Shown: positions 31,153 through 39,956 of the stretch, piece after piece
How the letters are laid out: each line of letters begins with the position of its first letter
Position numbering within the stretch: the first letter of the stretch is position 1
NCBI GenBank assembly: GCA_035402805.1
Contig: DAONDY010000002.1
Location: 149,963-213,962, forward strand
Reading direction: 5' to 3'
DNA: 64,000 nt
Source: Candidatus Woesebacteria bacterium
GTDB taxonomy: Bacteria; Patescibacteriota; Microgenomatia; UBA12405
Notes under the pieces: generated by a model
Seen by the model: only the letters and a program-made list of their open reading frames with translations
What the model was told of the DNA's origin: nothing
The model's database searches: none
Made by a program: the position numbers and the translations under genes

Positions 31153-31591
31153 ATGTTCTGATATTTAGCAATCGATTTTTTAACTGCTAAGATTATTTTC
31201 ATTTTATAATTAACGGTTTTTTTGGGATTAATTATACTCTTTAGAGTGTTTAAAAAGTTTTATTAAAAAGGATTAATATGATAATGGAAGATAATTTTTA
31301 GGCTTAAAAATGATTTTAATTGATATATTAACTAGTTAGCTTTGTAAGGTATTTTTGTTATTTTAAGTGATTTATAAAAAATAATAGTTTATTAAACTTA
31401 TAATGTACTTTAATGCGGTAAATAAGTTTCATTTAAGTAATAAAAGATATATTTAGGTAGGTGTTTTATTTTATAGTATGTGCGGAGAAAAAAATAATGA
31501 AAAATATCAAAAGAAAGTGCGGTAAATAGGAAAATATATGCGGAAAAACTTAATTCTTGAGATCAAAATATGCGGTTAATCAGTGTGGAAG

Positions 31592-31663
31592 TGTCCTCAG
31601 GGGGAATTGAACCTCCATTCCAGGTTTAGGAAACCTGTGTTCTATCCGTTAAACTATAAGGAC
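31592..31663 (-). tRNA. tRNA-Arg (anticodon CCT)
   Basis: Manual cloverleaf fold of reverse complement: acceptor GTCCTTA/TGAGGAC, anticodon stem CAGGT/ACCTG with loop TTCCTAA, TTCAATT T-loop. One A-C mismatch in T-stem. Confidence 0.7.
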
Positions 31664-31718
31664 TTATTAAAATTTCTAATTTCCAATGACAAATGTCAAA
31701 AGTTAATTAGAACGGGGT

Positions 31719-31791
31719 CGGGGATACTGGATTCGAACCAGCAACCTCAGCGTCCCGAACGCTGCACGCTAGCCAATTGCGCCAATCCCCG
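31719..31791 (-). tRNA. tRNA-Pro (anticodon CGG)
   Basis: Manual fold: acceptor CGGGGAT/ATCCCCG perfect, anticodon stem CAGCG/CGCTG with loop TTCGGGA (G37), T-loop TTCGAAT. No encoded CCA. Confidence 0.75.
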
Positions 31792-32009
31792 AAAATAAAG
31801 AATAAGTTTATTATAACTCATGATGTATAAAGTATATTTTTTACTTATTTTGATATTTTTTACAATTTTTTACTAATAGCAACTTAGCAGTCAAAGTCTA
31901 GATTGCTAATGATGATTTTGTTTTTATTTATTGAGTTTTATGGAGATAAATATAGTTTTAATAACTAAGTCTTGACACTTAGTTTGTTTTTTTCTAGACT
32001 GTTTAATAT

Positions 32010-32246
32010 ATGACAGATCATGATAGAAATATGAGAACCTTAGTTTTATGTTTTGTATTAGCAATAATGGCTTTAATACCTTTAAGAGTGATTGAATACA
32101 GTCAAGATGTATCAGAAGTATCTTCAACACAGGTTCTAGGTGAAACGGTTCAACAACAGCTTGAAATAGTGCTACCTAACGGAGAATTGAATGTCAATCA
32201 ACTTAACTACGGTGACGAGATAACGGAAAAAGATTTACTTTATTAA
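32010..32246 (+). CDS. Small secreted/membrane peptide (78 aa) with N-terminal signal-like helix, preceded by plausible TTGACA-N17-TAGACT promoter
   Basis: ORF track. MRTLVLCFVLAIMALIPLRV hydrophobic N-terminus. Confidence 0.35.
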   Translation: MTDHDRNMRTLVLCFVLAIMALIPLRVIEYSQDVSEVSSTQVLGETVQQQLEIVLPNGELNVNQLNYGDEITEKDLLY

Positions 32247-32255
32247 AAAGAATTT

Positions 32256-33455
32256 CTATCTAATAGAAATAGAATAGAGGTTTTCTTGAGCGTTGTTGTA
32301 AGGAGCGGTTAAGGTAATAATTTTACTGCCATCAAGCCAAGGATAAACTACATTTTTATCAAAATTACCAGCAAAAAGGGTAAGTTTATTAGTATTATCG
32401 TACTCAACAGTTTGAATTTTCTGATCTTCAGTATAAATAAGATTATAAGAATTAGCTAGCCAATTGAGATTTTGTAAACTAGAATCGCCGATCCAAAAAT
32501 TAGTGTCATCTTTAATATCATAAACGTAATAATTGTCTTTTTTAATGTCTCGTGATTGATTTTGAGTTGATTGAGCTGGAGGTGGGGAAATTAAATCTTT
32601 TTGAAGGTTAGCGTCGGTTTTAGCTAAATAAAGAACTTTGGTATCATCATCGCTAAAAAGGATGTTTTTAGCTGAAGTAGTAGAGGTAATAGCTTGGATT
32701 TCTTTGGGAATAAGAGTAATTTTAGCTTTAATAAGTTGTTCTTCTTGATTTTGCCATTCTTCTTTAATCAGGGTTAATTTTGCAGTAACATCGTATAAGT
32801 TTTTGTAATCAGTAGTGGAATCTAGATTGATAAGATAATTAGTATTGTTACTAATATTTTTAGCTAATATTTGGCGGGAGTTGGGAGAAAAAGTAAAAGT
32901 GAACTTGGACCAATCTAAATTTGATAAATTTGAACTTAATTGACGAGCTGTATTTTTGGCTAAAAAGTTGACATTATTACTTAATTCAAGTAAGTATAGA
33001 CCGTTATCTTTAGTGGCTGAAGCTGAAGCAACGGAAAAAACAACTAAGGAACCGTCTGGGCTGACAGCAGGATTAATGGCACCGGTTAAAGTTACAGGTT
33101 TAAGATCTGGAGCAGAACGGAAAAGTTGAGCATCGCTTTGATAGACAATCTCTTTTTTAATTTGAATGTTTTTTTGCCAAGGTAAATAACCATCTTTGAT
33201 AATTTTGATGGTGTATTCGTCTGGAACAAGATTAATAGTATCATCGGTGGCAGTAATTAGACGATCATTAATATAGACAGAAGCGGCTTTAGGGCGGGAA
33301 GTGGCAGAAATGATACCAGTAGCTAAAAAGCTAATCTTACCCTTAGTAGAAATTTGGTAACCTCTGGCAAAAAATGAAATAACATAAGTAGCGGTAATGA
33401 TTAAAATAATGACCAAAAGAATGACGGATAAGCTTTTTTTATCTAGTGTAGACAT
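32256..33455 (-). CDS. Membrane-anchored PEGA-domain plus TolB-like (PD40 beta-propeller) protein
   Basis: N-terminal TM. PEGA-like ASVYINDRLITATDDTINLVPDEYTIKIIKDGYLPWQKNI. Repeated SPDGS/beta-propeller-like units. Confidence 0.55.
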   Translation of the reverse strand: MSTLDKKSLSVILLVIILIITATYVISFFARGYQISTKGKISFLATGIISATSRPKAASVYINDRLITATDDTINLVPDEYTIKIIKDGYLPWQKNIQIKKEIVYQSDAQLFRSAPDLKPVTLTGAINPAVSPDGSLVVFSVASASATKDNGLYLLELSNNVNFLAKNTARQLSSNLSNLDWSKFTFTFSPNSRQILAKNISNNTNYLINLDSTTDYKNLYDVTAKLTLIKEEWQNQEEQLIKAKITLIPKEIQAITSTTSAKNILFSDDDTKVLYLAKTDANLQKDLISPPPAQSTQNQSRDIKKDNYYVYDIKDDTNFWIGDSSLQNLNWLANSYNLIYTEDQKIQTVEYDNTNKLTLFAGNFDKNVVYPWLDGSKIITLTAPYNNAQENLYSISIR

Positions 33456-33482
33456 AGATGTATTATAACTTATAATTGAGGT

Positions 33483-34484
33483 ATGAATTTGTTTAAAAAG
33501 CTAGCAATTGATTTGGGAACGGCCAATAGTGTGGTTTGGGAGGCAGGGAAGGGTATAGTCTTAAATGAACCAACAATTGTGGCGGTGGGAATTGAAGATA
33601 GAAAAGTATTAGCGGTAGGGAATGAAGCTAAAAAAATGTTGGGAAAAACACCAGAATATATAGAAGTGATTCAGCCGTTAGAAGATGGGGTGATCGCCGA
33701 TTATGAAGTAACTGAGGCAATGCTTCGTTATTTTATGAAGCAGGTAATGGGAAATAATTGGTTTATTGGGCCTGAAGTGATGGTTTGTGTTCCGGCAGGG
33801 GTGACTCAAGTAGAACAAAGGGCAGTAATAGACGCCAGTTTGTCGGCGGGAGCTAGAAAGGCCTATCTTATCGATGAACCTTTAGCAGCGGCGATTGGGG
33901 CTAAGATTCCGGTATCTGAGGCCTTTGGTAATATGATTGTAGATATCGGTGGTGGAGCGGCAGAAGCGGCGGTAATTGCTTTAGGAGGAGTGGTGACGCA
34001 CAAAAGTGTTCGGGTGGGAGGAAATAAACTAGATAAGATGATAATGGATTTTTTGAAGAAGAAGCATAGTTTAGTAATCGGTGATCAAACGGCAGAAACA
34101 ATAAAAATTCAATTGGGAAGTGCCATTAAACCAAAAAAGCTGGAAACGATGGAAATAAATGGTAGAGATTCCATTTATGGGTTGCCTAAAAATGTGACTG
34201 TTAGTTCGGATGAAATTTATGAAGCTTTAAGACCAACCTTGGAGTCGATTATTTTAGTTATAAAAGATACTTTAGAAATTACTCCTCCAGAGTTAGTGGC
34301 GGATATTGTTGACAGAGGAATAGTTTTGAGTGGCGGGTCGGCTCAATTAAGGGGTCTAAATACTTTGATAACTCGAGAAATTGGGGTGTCGGCTCATGTG
34401 GCAATTGAGCCACAATTTTGTGTGATTAAAGGGACAGGAATTGCCATAGAAAATTTGGACATATATCAGCGGGCGATTAGGTGA
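33483..34484 (+). CDS. mreB: Rod shape-determining actin homolog MreB
   Basis: IDLGTANS phosphate-1 motif, DGVIADYEVTE, actin-fold motifs. 333 aa. Confidence 0.9.
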   Translation: MNLFKKLAIDLGTANSVVWEAGKGIVLNEPTIVAVGIEDRKVLAVGNEAKKMLGKTPEYIEVIQPLEDGVIADYEVTEAMLRYFMKQVMGNNWFIGPEVMVCVPAGVTQVEQRAVIDASLSAGARKAYLIDEPLAAAIGAKIPVSEAFGNMIVDIGGGAAEAAVIALGGVVTHKSVRVGGNKLDKMIMDFLKKKHSLVIGDQTAETIKIQLGSAIKPKKLETMEINGRDSIYGLPKNVTVSSDEIYEALRPTLESIILVIKDTLEITPPELVADIVDRGIVLSGGSAQLRGLNTLITREIGVSAHVAIEPQFCVIKGTGIAIENLDIYQRAIR

Positions 34485-34758
34485 TATATTTAAAAAAAAT
34501 ATCCTGTAAAATATCAATTTTTATTTTTTGGTGTCTAACTATTATATATATTATGAGTTTTAATTTTAATTTTTATTTTTAAATTATTAATTTTTAATAT
34601 TTTTAAATAAATTTCCTAATTTATCATTAAAGTAATAGAGTATAATTTTTGTTCAATTAATTAAATTTGGCCATAAAATAATTTTGGCTAATGTAACTTA
34701 TAAGGGGAGAATCTTAAAAGAGTGATATATTTAAAAAAAATATCCTGTAAATTTTCAG
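34482..34758 (+). repeat. Pair of ~30-bp direct repeats (gtgatatatttaaaaaaaatatcctgtaaa at ~34482-34512 and ~34723-34753) bracketing a ~210-bp extremely AT-rich segment. First copy overlaps mreB stop codon.
   Basis: Seen in sequence. Confidence 0.65.
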
Positions 34759-34833
34759 TATAAGAGCAAAATTTAATCAAAAAAATGATTTTTTTGATGA
34801 TAAAATTAATTAATAAGACTTATAAAATAAAAA

Positions 34834-35649
34834 ATGGTGAAAAAAAATAGCTTTAGAGCTCAAAAAAGGGCGAATATCGATAAGGATTTTAGCCTAAGCT
34901 TTTGGAAAATATTCAATATTTCACTGTTTGGCAGAGGGATGACTGAAGTGCTAAAGATAGTGGAAAATTGGCTTGAGTCTGAAGCTAAAAGTAAGTGGAT
35001 AGCGACGGTTAATCCAGAATTTGTAATGGAGGCTTTAAAAAATGATCAGTTTCGACAGATTTTGAGTCAAACTGATTTAAATGTAGTTGATGGGGTGGGG
35101 TTGCTTTGGGCCAGGGAAGTAAAAAATGGTAAAAGCTGGTTTAGGGCGGGAATGGAAATAATTAAAGGAAAACACCGTGAAGGACTGGTATCAGGGTCAG
35201 ATTTAATCCCAGAATTGTGTAAATTAGCAATAAAGAAAAATTATAAGGTATTTTTCTTGGGAGGATTTAACGATAGAGCCGAGAGAACGGCAAAATACTT
35301 TAAACTTCAAATGCCAGGTTTAAAATGTCAGTTTAGTGAAGGTGAACCGAATATAAAAAATGAAGAAGTATTAAAAAAAATAAACGAATTTAAACCAGAC
35401 ATTTTATTTGTGGCTTATGGGATGAAAAAGCAGGAAGAATGGATTAAAAATAATCGAAACAAGGCTGATTTTGGGGTGGCGATTGGAGTGGGAAGGAGTT
35501 TTGATTATTATAGTGGAGACTTAAAAAGAGCCCCAAAAATGGTAAGAAAAATGGGAATGGAATGGCTATATTCTTTAGTGAAAGAGCCAAAAAGATTTAA
35601 AAGACAATTGGTTTTACCTAAGTTTATGTGGAAGGTTTTAAAGGGCTGA
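34834..35649 (+). CDS. WecB/TagA/CpsF-family glycosyltransferase (N-acetylmannosaminyl/glucosyl transferase type)
   Basis: TVNPEFVMEA...LNVVDGVGLLWA matches WecB/TagA core. 271 aa. Confidence 0.7.
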   Translation: MVKKNSFRAQKRANIDKDFSLSFWKIFNISLFGRGMTEVLKIVENWLESEAKSKWIATVNPEFVMEALKNDQFRQILSQTDLNVVDGVGLLWAREVKNGKSWFRAGMEIIKGKHREGLVSGSDLIPELCKLAIKKNYKVFFLGGFNDRAERTAKYFKLQMPGLKCQFSEGEPNIKNEEVLKKINEFKPDILFVAYGMKKQEEWIKNNRNKADFGVAIGVGRSFDYYSGDLKRAPKMVRKMGMEWLYSLVKEPKRFKRQLVLPKFMWKVLKG

Positions 35650-35713
35650 TTTCTATCCTATAATCTTGACTTCAATTTTTTTAGAGTTATAATGCTGTGG
35701 CTATTACCAAAAT

Positions 35714-36352
35714 ATGGTAATAAGTATCGCTCTTTTAAAAAAAGAAAGGAAAGTGGCTATGTTTACTAGAGAAGTGGATTTGGGAAAAATTAAAAACGTG
35801 AGTATTTGGGAGTATGAGGAACTAAGGGGAATTGTTAATACTTCCAGTGGGAATCTCTTCCTACTGATGGAGGAGGATGGTGGATTATCTCGGTTTAAAG
35901 GATCTTTTCTCAGAAGGGATATAAAAAGAGGATTCCCTCTGAAAAACGGAAACAAAATTCTGGTTAGGCATTTTTGCGACGTTATTGTTGCAAATAATTC
36001 TCTTCTATTGTTTCCGGAGACAAAAGACTTTGGGTTTTTCGCCGATGTTCTGGCAGACAGTACCCAAAAAAAATGTGATTACATGTCCTTTAGATCGGCA
36101 TCGGTTAGAAGTTTCACGGTTATTGACCTTGAAGAATTAACTCTGACTGATGTTAGGATTTTTCCCACCTCGATGCCGAATCCTGAAGATTTTGATTTTT
36201 TGAGAGATCCGAAGTCATTTTTGGTTGTTGACGGTAAAAGTCAGAAACTGGTTCGAAATGGGGAAACAATCGACTTGTCGCAAGTTCCGGCTAAAATTAA
36301 AATTTCTCCAATGGCGGAGAAACTTATTTTATCGGGGCTGTTAACGCACTAA
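35714..36352 (+). CDS. Hypothetical protein (likely true start ATG 35759, ~198 aa) with atypical codon usage and locally higher GC
   Basis: ORF track. Use of CTG/CCG/CGG codons rare elsewhere in window. No recognisable motif. Confidence 0.4.
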   Translation: MVISIALLKKERKVAMFTREVDLGKIKNVSIWEYEELRGIVNTSSGNLFLLMEEDGGLSRFKGSFLRRDIKRGFPLKNGNKILVRHFCDVIVANNSLLLFPETKDFGFFADVLADSTQKKCDYMSFRSASVRSFTVIDLEELTLTDVRIFPTSMPNPEDFDFLRDPKSFLVVDGKSQKLVRNGETIDLSQVPAKIKISPMAEKLILSGLLTH

Positions 36353-36363
36353 CTTTTTTTAAA

Positions 36364-36426
36364 GAAGGAGACTATATCTGAATTTGCTTTTTGAAGCAAA
36401 ATCATTTACTAGTCTCCCTTTTTTTG
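36364..36426. terminator. Bidirectional nested hairpin terminator (ggagact...agtctcc plus T-run; inner tttgctttttgaagcaaa) between convergent genes
   Basis: Seen in sequence. Confidence 0.6.
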
Positions 36427-36428
36427 GT

Positions 36429-37217
36429 CTAAAACTCTCCAAGTAATTTAATTTCAAGCTTAAGAGTGATGCCGAGTTTTTCTTTGGCTTGAGATTGAAT
36501 TAGTTGAATTAATTTAAAATAATCGGTAGCAGTGGCGTGGCCATTATTAACAATAAAATTAGCGTGGCTGGAGCTAATTTGAGCATCGCCAATACTAAAA
36601 CCTTTGAGATTTAATTGTTGATCGATAATTTGGCCGGTAGGTAATTGATTGGGAATATTTTTAAAAACACAACCGAGAGAATTCATGGGTTGAATTGCGG
36701 ATTTTTTTTGAATAATGTCTTGAACCTGTTTTTGGGCTAAAGATGGGTCACCTGGAGTTAATTTTAAAACTGCACAAACAATAAAGTCGCCGAATTTTTC
36801 AAGCGAATCGATAAATTGAGAAAAATGATTTTTGTTAATTCCATGAATGTCGCCAATAATGGCACCGCCGACAGTGGAGGGAATATAGGCAAATTCTTCC
36901 AAACCTAAAAGGTGATGATCAAGGCTGTAATTGATTAGAGATGATAGTTGAGTACCAGAAGAAACCCTAACTTTATCCTGATCCATAATCTCCATTTCTT
37001 CGGAATCGTTTTTAATAACTAAACCGCGAATGCCAGAATCAGAAATCAAGACATTAGAACCATTTCCTAATATAGTAATAGGTAAATTATTTTTTTGGCC
37101 ATATTGTAGAGCTTCAACAAATTCATCGGTAGTTTTGGTATGAATGAAAAAATCAGCTGGACCACCAATTTTAACGGTGGTGTAAGGGGCGAGGATGATG
37201 TTTTTTTGAATATCCAT
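36429..37217 (-). CDS. murB: UDP-N-acetylenolpyruvoylglucosamine reductase (short form, 262 aa)
   Basis: FAD-binding N-terminal domain (TTVKIGGPADFF) and MurB C-terminal motif GCVFKN. Confidence 0.75.
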   Translation of the reverse strand: MDIQKNIILAPYTTVKIGGPADFFIHTKTTDEFVEALQYGQKNNLPITILGNGSNVLISDSGIRGLVIKNDSEEMEIMDQDKVRVSSGTQLSSLINYSLDHHLLGLEEFAYIPSTVGGAIIGDIHGINKNHFSQFIDSLEKFGDFIVCAVLKLTPGDPSLAQKQVQDIIQKKSAIQPMNSLGCVFKNIPNQLPTGQIIDQQLNLKGFSIGDAQISSSHANFIVNNGHATATDYFKLIQLIQSQAKEKLGITLKLEIKLLGEF

Positions 37218-37240
37218 ACTTGTATTATCTCATTAAATTA

Positions 37241-37330
37241 AATTCTCGTCACAAATTTTTTATGTCTGGTGAATGTGGTCGCCCACGTTCAAGGACACAA
37301 AAAATTGTGTCTTCGAACTTAATTTATGTC
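37241..37330 (+). repeat. Intergenic repeat family A, copy A2 (inner hairpin gaatgtgg-tcgc-ccacgttc)
   Basis: Alignment by eye to A1/A3. Between divergent murB and ruvC. Confidence 0.7.
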
Positions 37331-37409
37331 TTATAAAATAATATTTTTGAGATAATAAAAAATTATGGGTTGTTGATGTGGAAAAGTGGAGAAAATTTGA
37401 TTTGTCCTA

Positions 37410-37530
37410 TAATTAAATCCCTCTTGTCCTGCGGACATCCTCCCTCAACGAGGGCGGAAGTCTTTTTATTTTTCTCCCTTTGTTAAGGGGAGATGTCTCC
37501 ACGCTAACGCGGGGAGACAGAGAGGATTTT
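37410..37530 (+). repeat. Family B repeat unit, copy B2 (…tcctccctcaacgagggcgga…ttttctccctttgttaaggggagatgtctcc…ggggagacagagaggatttt). Coordinates +/-10 bp.
   Basis: Same core as B1 and B3. Lies ~80 bp downstream of A2 and ends ~15 bp before ruvC start. Confidence 0.65.
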
Positions 37531-37543
37531 GATACAATGAATT

Positions 37544-38014
37544 ATGATATTAGGAATAGACCCAGGTTTAGCCAATACTGGATGGGCGATATTAAGCGAT
37601 GAAAAAACTTTGGTGGAGTGTGGATGCTTAAAAACTAAAATCAGCGACGGATCGGCCTTGAGATTAGATCAGATTTATTGTGAATTAGAAGGATTAATTA
37701 AAAAATACAAAATTGAAGCAATTGCTATTGAAACATTATTTTTTGCCAAAAATGCCAAGTCGGCATTAAAAGTAGCGGAAGCAATTGGAGTGATTAAAGT
37801 TTGTGGGCAGAGAAATAAAATTGAAGTGGTGGGTTTTACGCCGTTACAAGTTAAAATGGCTTTGGTTGGTTATGGGCGAGCCGAAAAAGAACAAGTGGAA
37901 ATAATGGTGAGAAATTTTTTGAATTTAGAGAAGAATATTAGTCCGAGTCATGCTTCGGATGCGGTGGCAGTAGCTTTGACTTATTTGTTTACTAATAAAA
38001 ATTTAGCTATTTGA
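37544..38014 (+). CDS. ruvC: Holliday junction resolvase RuvC
   Basis: MILGIDPGLANTGWAIL N-terminus with catalytic Asp, RNase H-fold conserved residues. Confidence 0.85.
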   Translation: MILGIDPGLANTGWAILSDEKTLVECGCLKTKISDGSALRLDQIYCELEGLIKKYKIEAIAIETLFFAKNAKSALKVAEAIGVIKVCGQRNKIEVVGFTPLQVKMALVGYGRAEKEQVEIMVRNFLNLEKNISPSHASDAVAVALTYLFTNKNLAI

Positions 38015-38076
38015 TATAGTTTGTAGATATTGGGATATAGGTTTGGTTTTTATTCGGTTTAGTGTAAAATGGAGCT

Positions 38077-38649
38077 ATGATTTCTAGTCTTAAAGGTGAA
38101 ATTTTAACTATAGGAAATAATTATTTGGAAATAGAAGTTAGTGGGGTAGGTTATTTGGTTTGGTGTGGATTAAATTTCTTAAAAAGAAAAACAGCGGGTG
38201 AAATTTGTCAGATTTATACTTATCAGTCGGTTTCGGAAAATGATATTTCTTTGTTTGGCTTTGAAAGTCGAGATGAGGTTAATCTATTTAAAATGTTGAT
38301 TTCGGTGTCGGGGGTGGGGCCGAAAACTGGAGCTCAAATAATGGGTCAGGTAAATAGCGAGGAGATAATTAAAGCGATTGGAAATGCTGATGTAGGATTT
38401 TTTGAAAAGGTAAAGGGAATTGGTAAAAAAACAGCTCAAAGAATTATTGTTGATTTGAAGTCAAAAATCGGCGGTTTAGGGGAATTGGATTTAACTAAAG
38501 ACGAAAATAAAAATATCGATGATGATTTGAGTTTAAGTTTAAAACAATTAGGTTTTGATAAAAAAGAAATTGAAAAAGTAGTGGCTAAATTACCAAAAGA
38601 ATTAATAACTATTGAAGAAAAATTAGAATGGTGTTTAAGTAAAATATGA
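38077..38649 (+). CDS. ruvA: Holliday junction branch-migration protein RuvA
   Basis: OB-fold N-terminus, HhH motifs ISVSGVGPKTGAQIM and KGIGKKTAQRII. Confidence 0.85.
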   Translation: MISSLKGEILTIGNNYLEIEVSGVGYLVWCGLNFLKRKTAGEICQIYTYQSVSENDISLFGFESRDEVNLFKMLISVSGVGPKTGAQIMGQVNSEEIIKAIGNADVGFFEKVKGIGKKTAQRIIVDLKSKIGGLGELDLTKDENKNIDDDLSLSLKQLGFDKKEIEKVVAKLPKELITIEEKLEWCLSKI

Positions 38650-39611
38650 CGGATAAAAATTTAAATCCTAAAGCAGAAGTGAACGAAAAAGTAGTGGAAA
38701 AAAGTTTGCGTCCTCAAAAATTAAATGAGTTTATTGGCCAGGAAAAATTAAAAGAACAATTAAAGATTTTTTTAGAGGCGGCCAAAACTCGAGGTGAGGC
38801 CTTGGATCATATTTTGTTTTATGGTCCTCCAGGTTTAGGAAAAACAACTTTAGCTTGTTTGATGGCTAAAGAAATGGGAAGTAATATTAAAATGACCTCA
38901 GGCCCGGCCTTAACAAGAGCTGGAGATTTAGCCTCGATTTTGACTGGTCTTAAAAAGGGCGATTTTTTGTTTATTGATGAAATTCATAGATTAAATAAAT
39001 TAGTAGAAGAAATGCTTTATAGTGCTATGGAGGATTTTGCTTTAGACATTGTTTTAGGAAAAGGACCATCGGCAAAAACTGTCAGACTTAATTTACAAAA
39101 ATTTACCTTAGTTGGGGCAACAACAAGAATTGGATTAATTAGCGGTCCTATGAGAGACCGATTTGGCTATGTCCAACAGTTGGATTTTTATGAAAATAGT
39201 GATTTATCAGAAATTATTGAAAGAACAGGGGAAGTTTTAAAAGTAAAAATTGATCCGATAGCAGCCAAGCAGATTGCAAAAAGATCGAGAGGGACTCCAA
39301 GAATTGCCAATCGATTATTACGTAGGGTTCGTGATTATGCTCAAATAAAAAATGATGGATTAATTACCTTAAAGGAAGTAGAAGAAGCTTTAAAAATGTT
39401 GGGAGTGGATGGGGAAGGGCTCTCTGATGCTGATAGAAAATATTTAGAAGTAATCGAAAAACAATATAATAGAGGACCAGTAGGAGTGGAGAACATTGCG
39501 GCGGCATTAACCGAAGATGTGGGAACAATAACAGAGGTTTACGAACCGTTTTTGATGAAAAAGGGACTAATTAAGAGAACACCTAAGGGCAGGGTGTTGA
39601 CAAAGAAATAA
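38646..39611 (+). CDS. ruvB: Holliday junction ATP-dependent helicase RuvB
   Basis: Walker A GPPGLGKTTLA, Walker B FIDEIHRL, sensor and winged-helix C-terminus. ATGA overlap with ruvA. Confidence 0.9.
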   Translation: MTDKNLNPKAEVNEKVVEKSLRPQKLNEFIGQEKLKEQLKIFLEAAKTRGEALDHILFYGPPGLGKTTLACLMAKEMGSNIKMTSGPALTRAGDLASILTGLKKGDFLFIDEIHRLNKLVEEMLYSAMEDFALDIVLGKGPSAKTVRLNLQKFTLVGATTRIGLISGPMRDRFGYVQQLDFYENSDLSEIIERTGEVLKVKIDPIAAKQIAKRSRGTPRIANRLLRRVRDYAQIKNDGLITLKEVEEALKMLGVDGEGLSDADRKYLEVIEKQYNRGPVGVENIAAALTEDVGTITEVYEPFLMKKGLIKRTPKGRVLTKK

Positions 39612-39612
39612 A

Positions 39613-39870
39613 TTATTCGGTTTGGATACCAAGTAACCAAAGAACAGCTTCTTTTCGATAACGGCGATCACCACGAGCATTAATGCGGATAGCGGGGAGT
39701 TTGCCTCGTTTACCCCATCTTTTGATGGTTAATTTACTAACGCGGAGTAGATCGGCGACTTCGGCGACGGTTAAAAGGTCGGGAAGATTGTCGATGGAGA
39801 CTCCATTAATTTTTTTGGGGGTGGATGGTTGTTTCACAAGTTTCTCTTGTGATTCGTTTTGATAGTCCAT
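39613..39870 (-). CDS. Excisionase-family helix-turn-helix DNA-binding protein (85 aa)
   Basis: LLTVAEVADLLRVSKLTIKRWGKRGKLPAIRI matches Xis/MerR-like HTH_17 pattern. Confidence 0.6.
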   Translation of the reverse strand: MDYQNESQEKLVKQPSTPKKINGVSIDNLPDLLTVAEVADLLRVSKLTIKRWGKRGKLPAIRINARGDRRYRKEAVLWLLGIQTE

Positions 39871-39956
39871 TGAGTGGCTCCTCTTATATCGGAATAATGA
39901 TTAATTAATATCAGTAAAACATATTAGATATTAGTGTGTCAATAATCAATTAAAAC

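Noticed and set aside
31583-31798. 71-aa ORF
   Set aside because: Spans the two tRNA genes. Artefact.
39613-39870. Prophage call based on excisionase-like gene
   Set aside because: No integrase, capsid, terminase or att repeats nearby. Flanked by core genes ruvB and a dehydrogenase.
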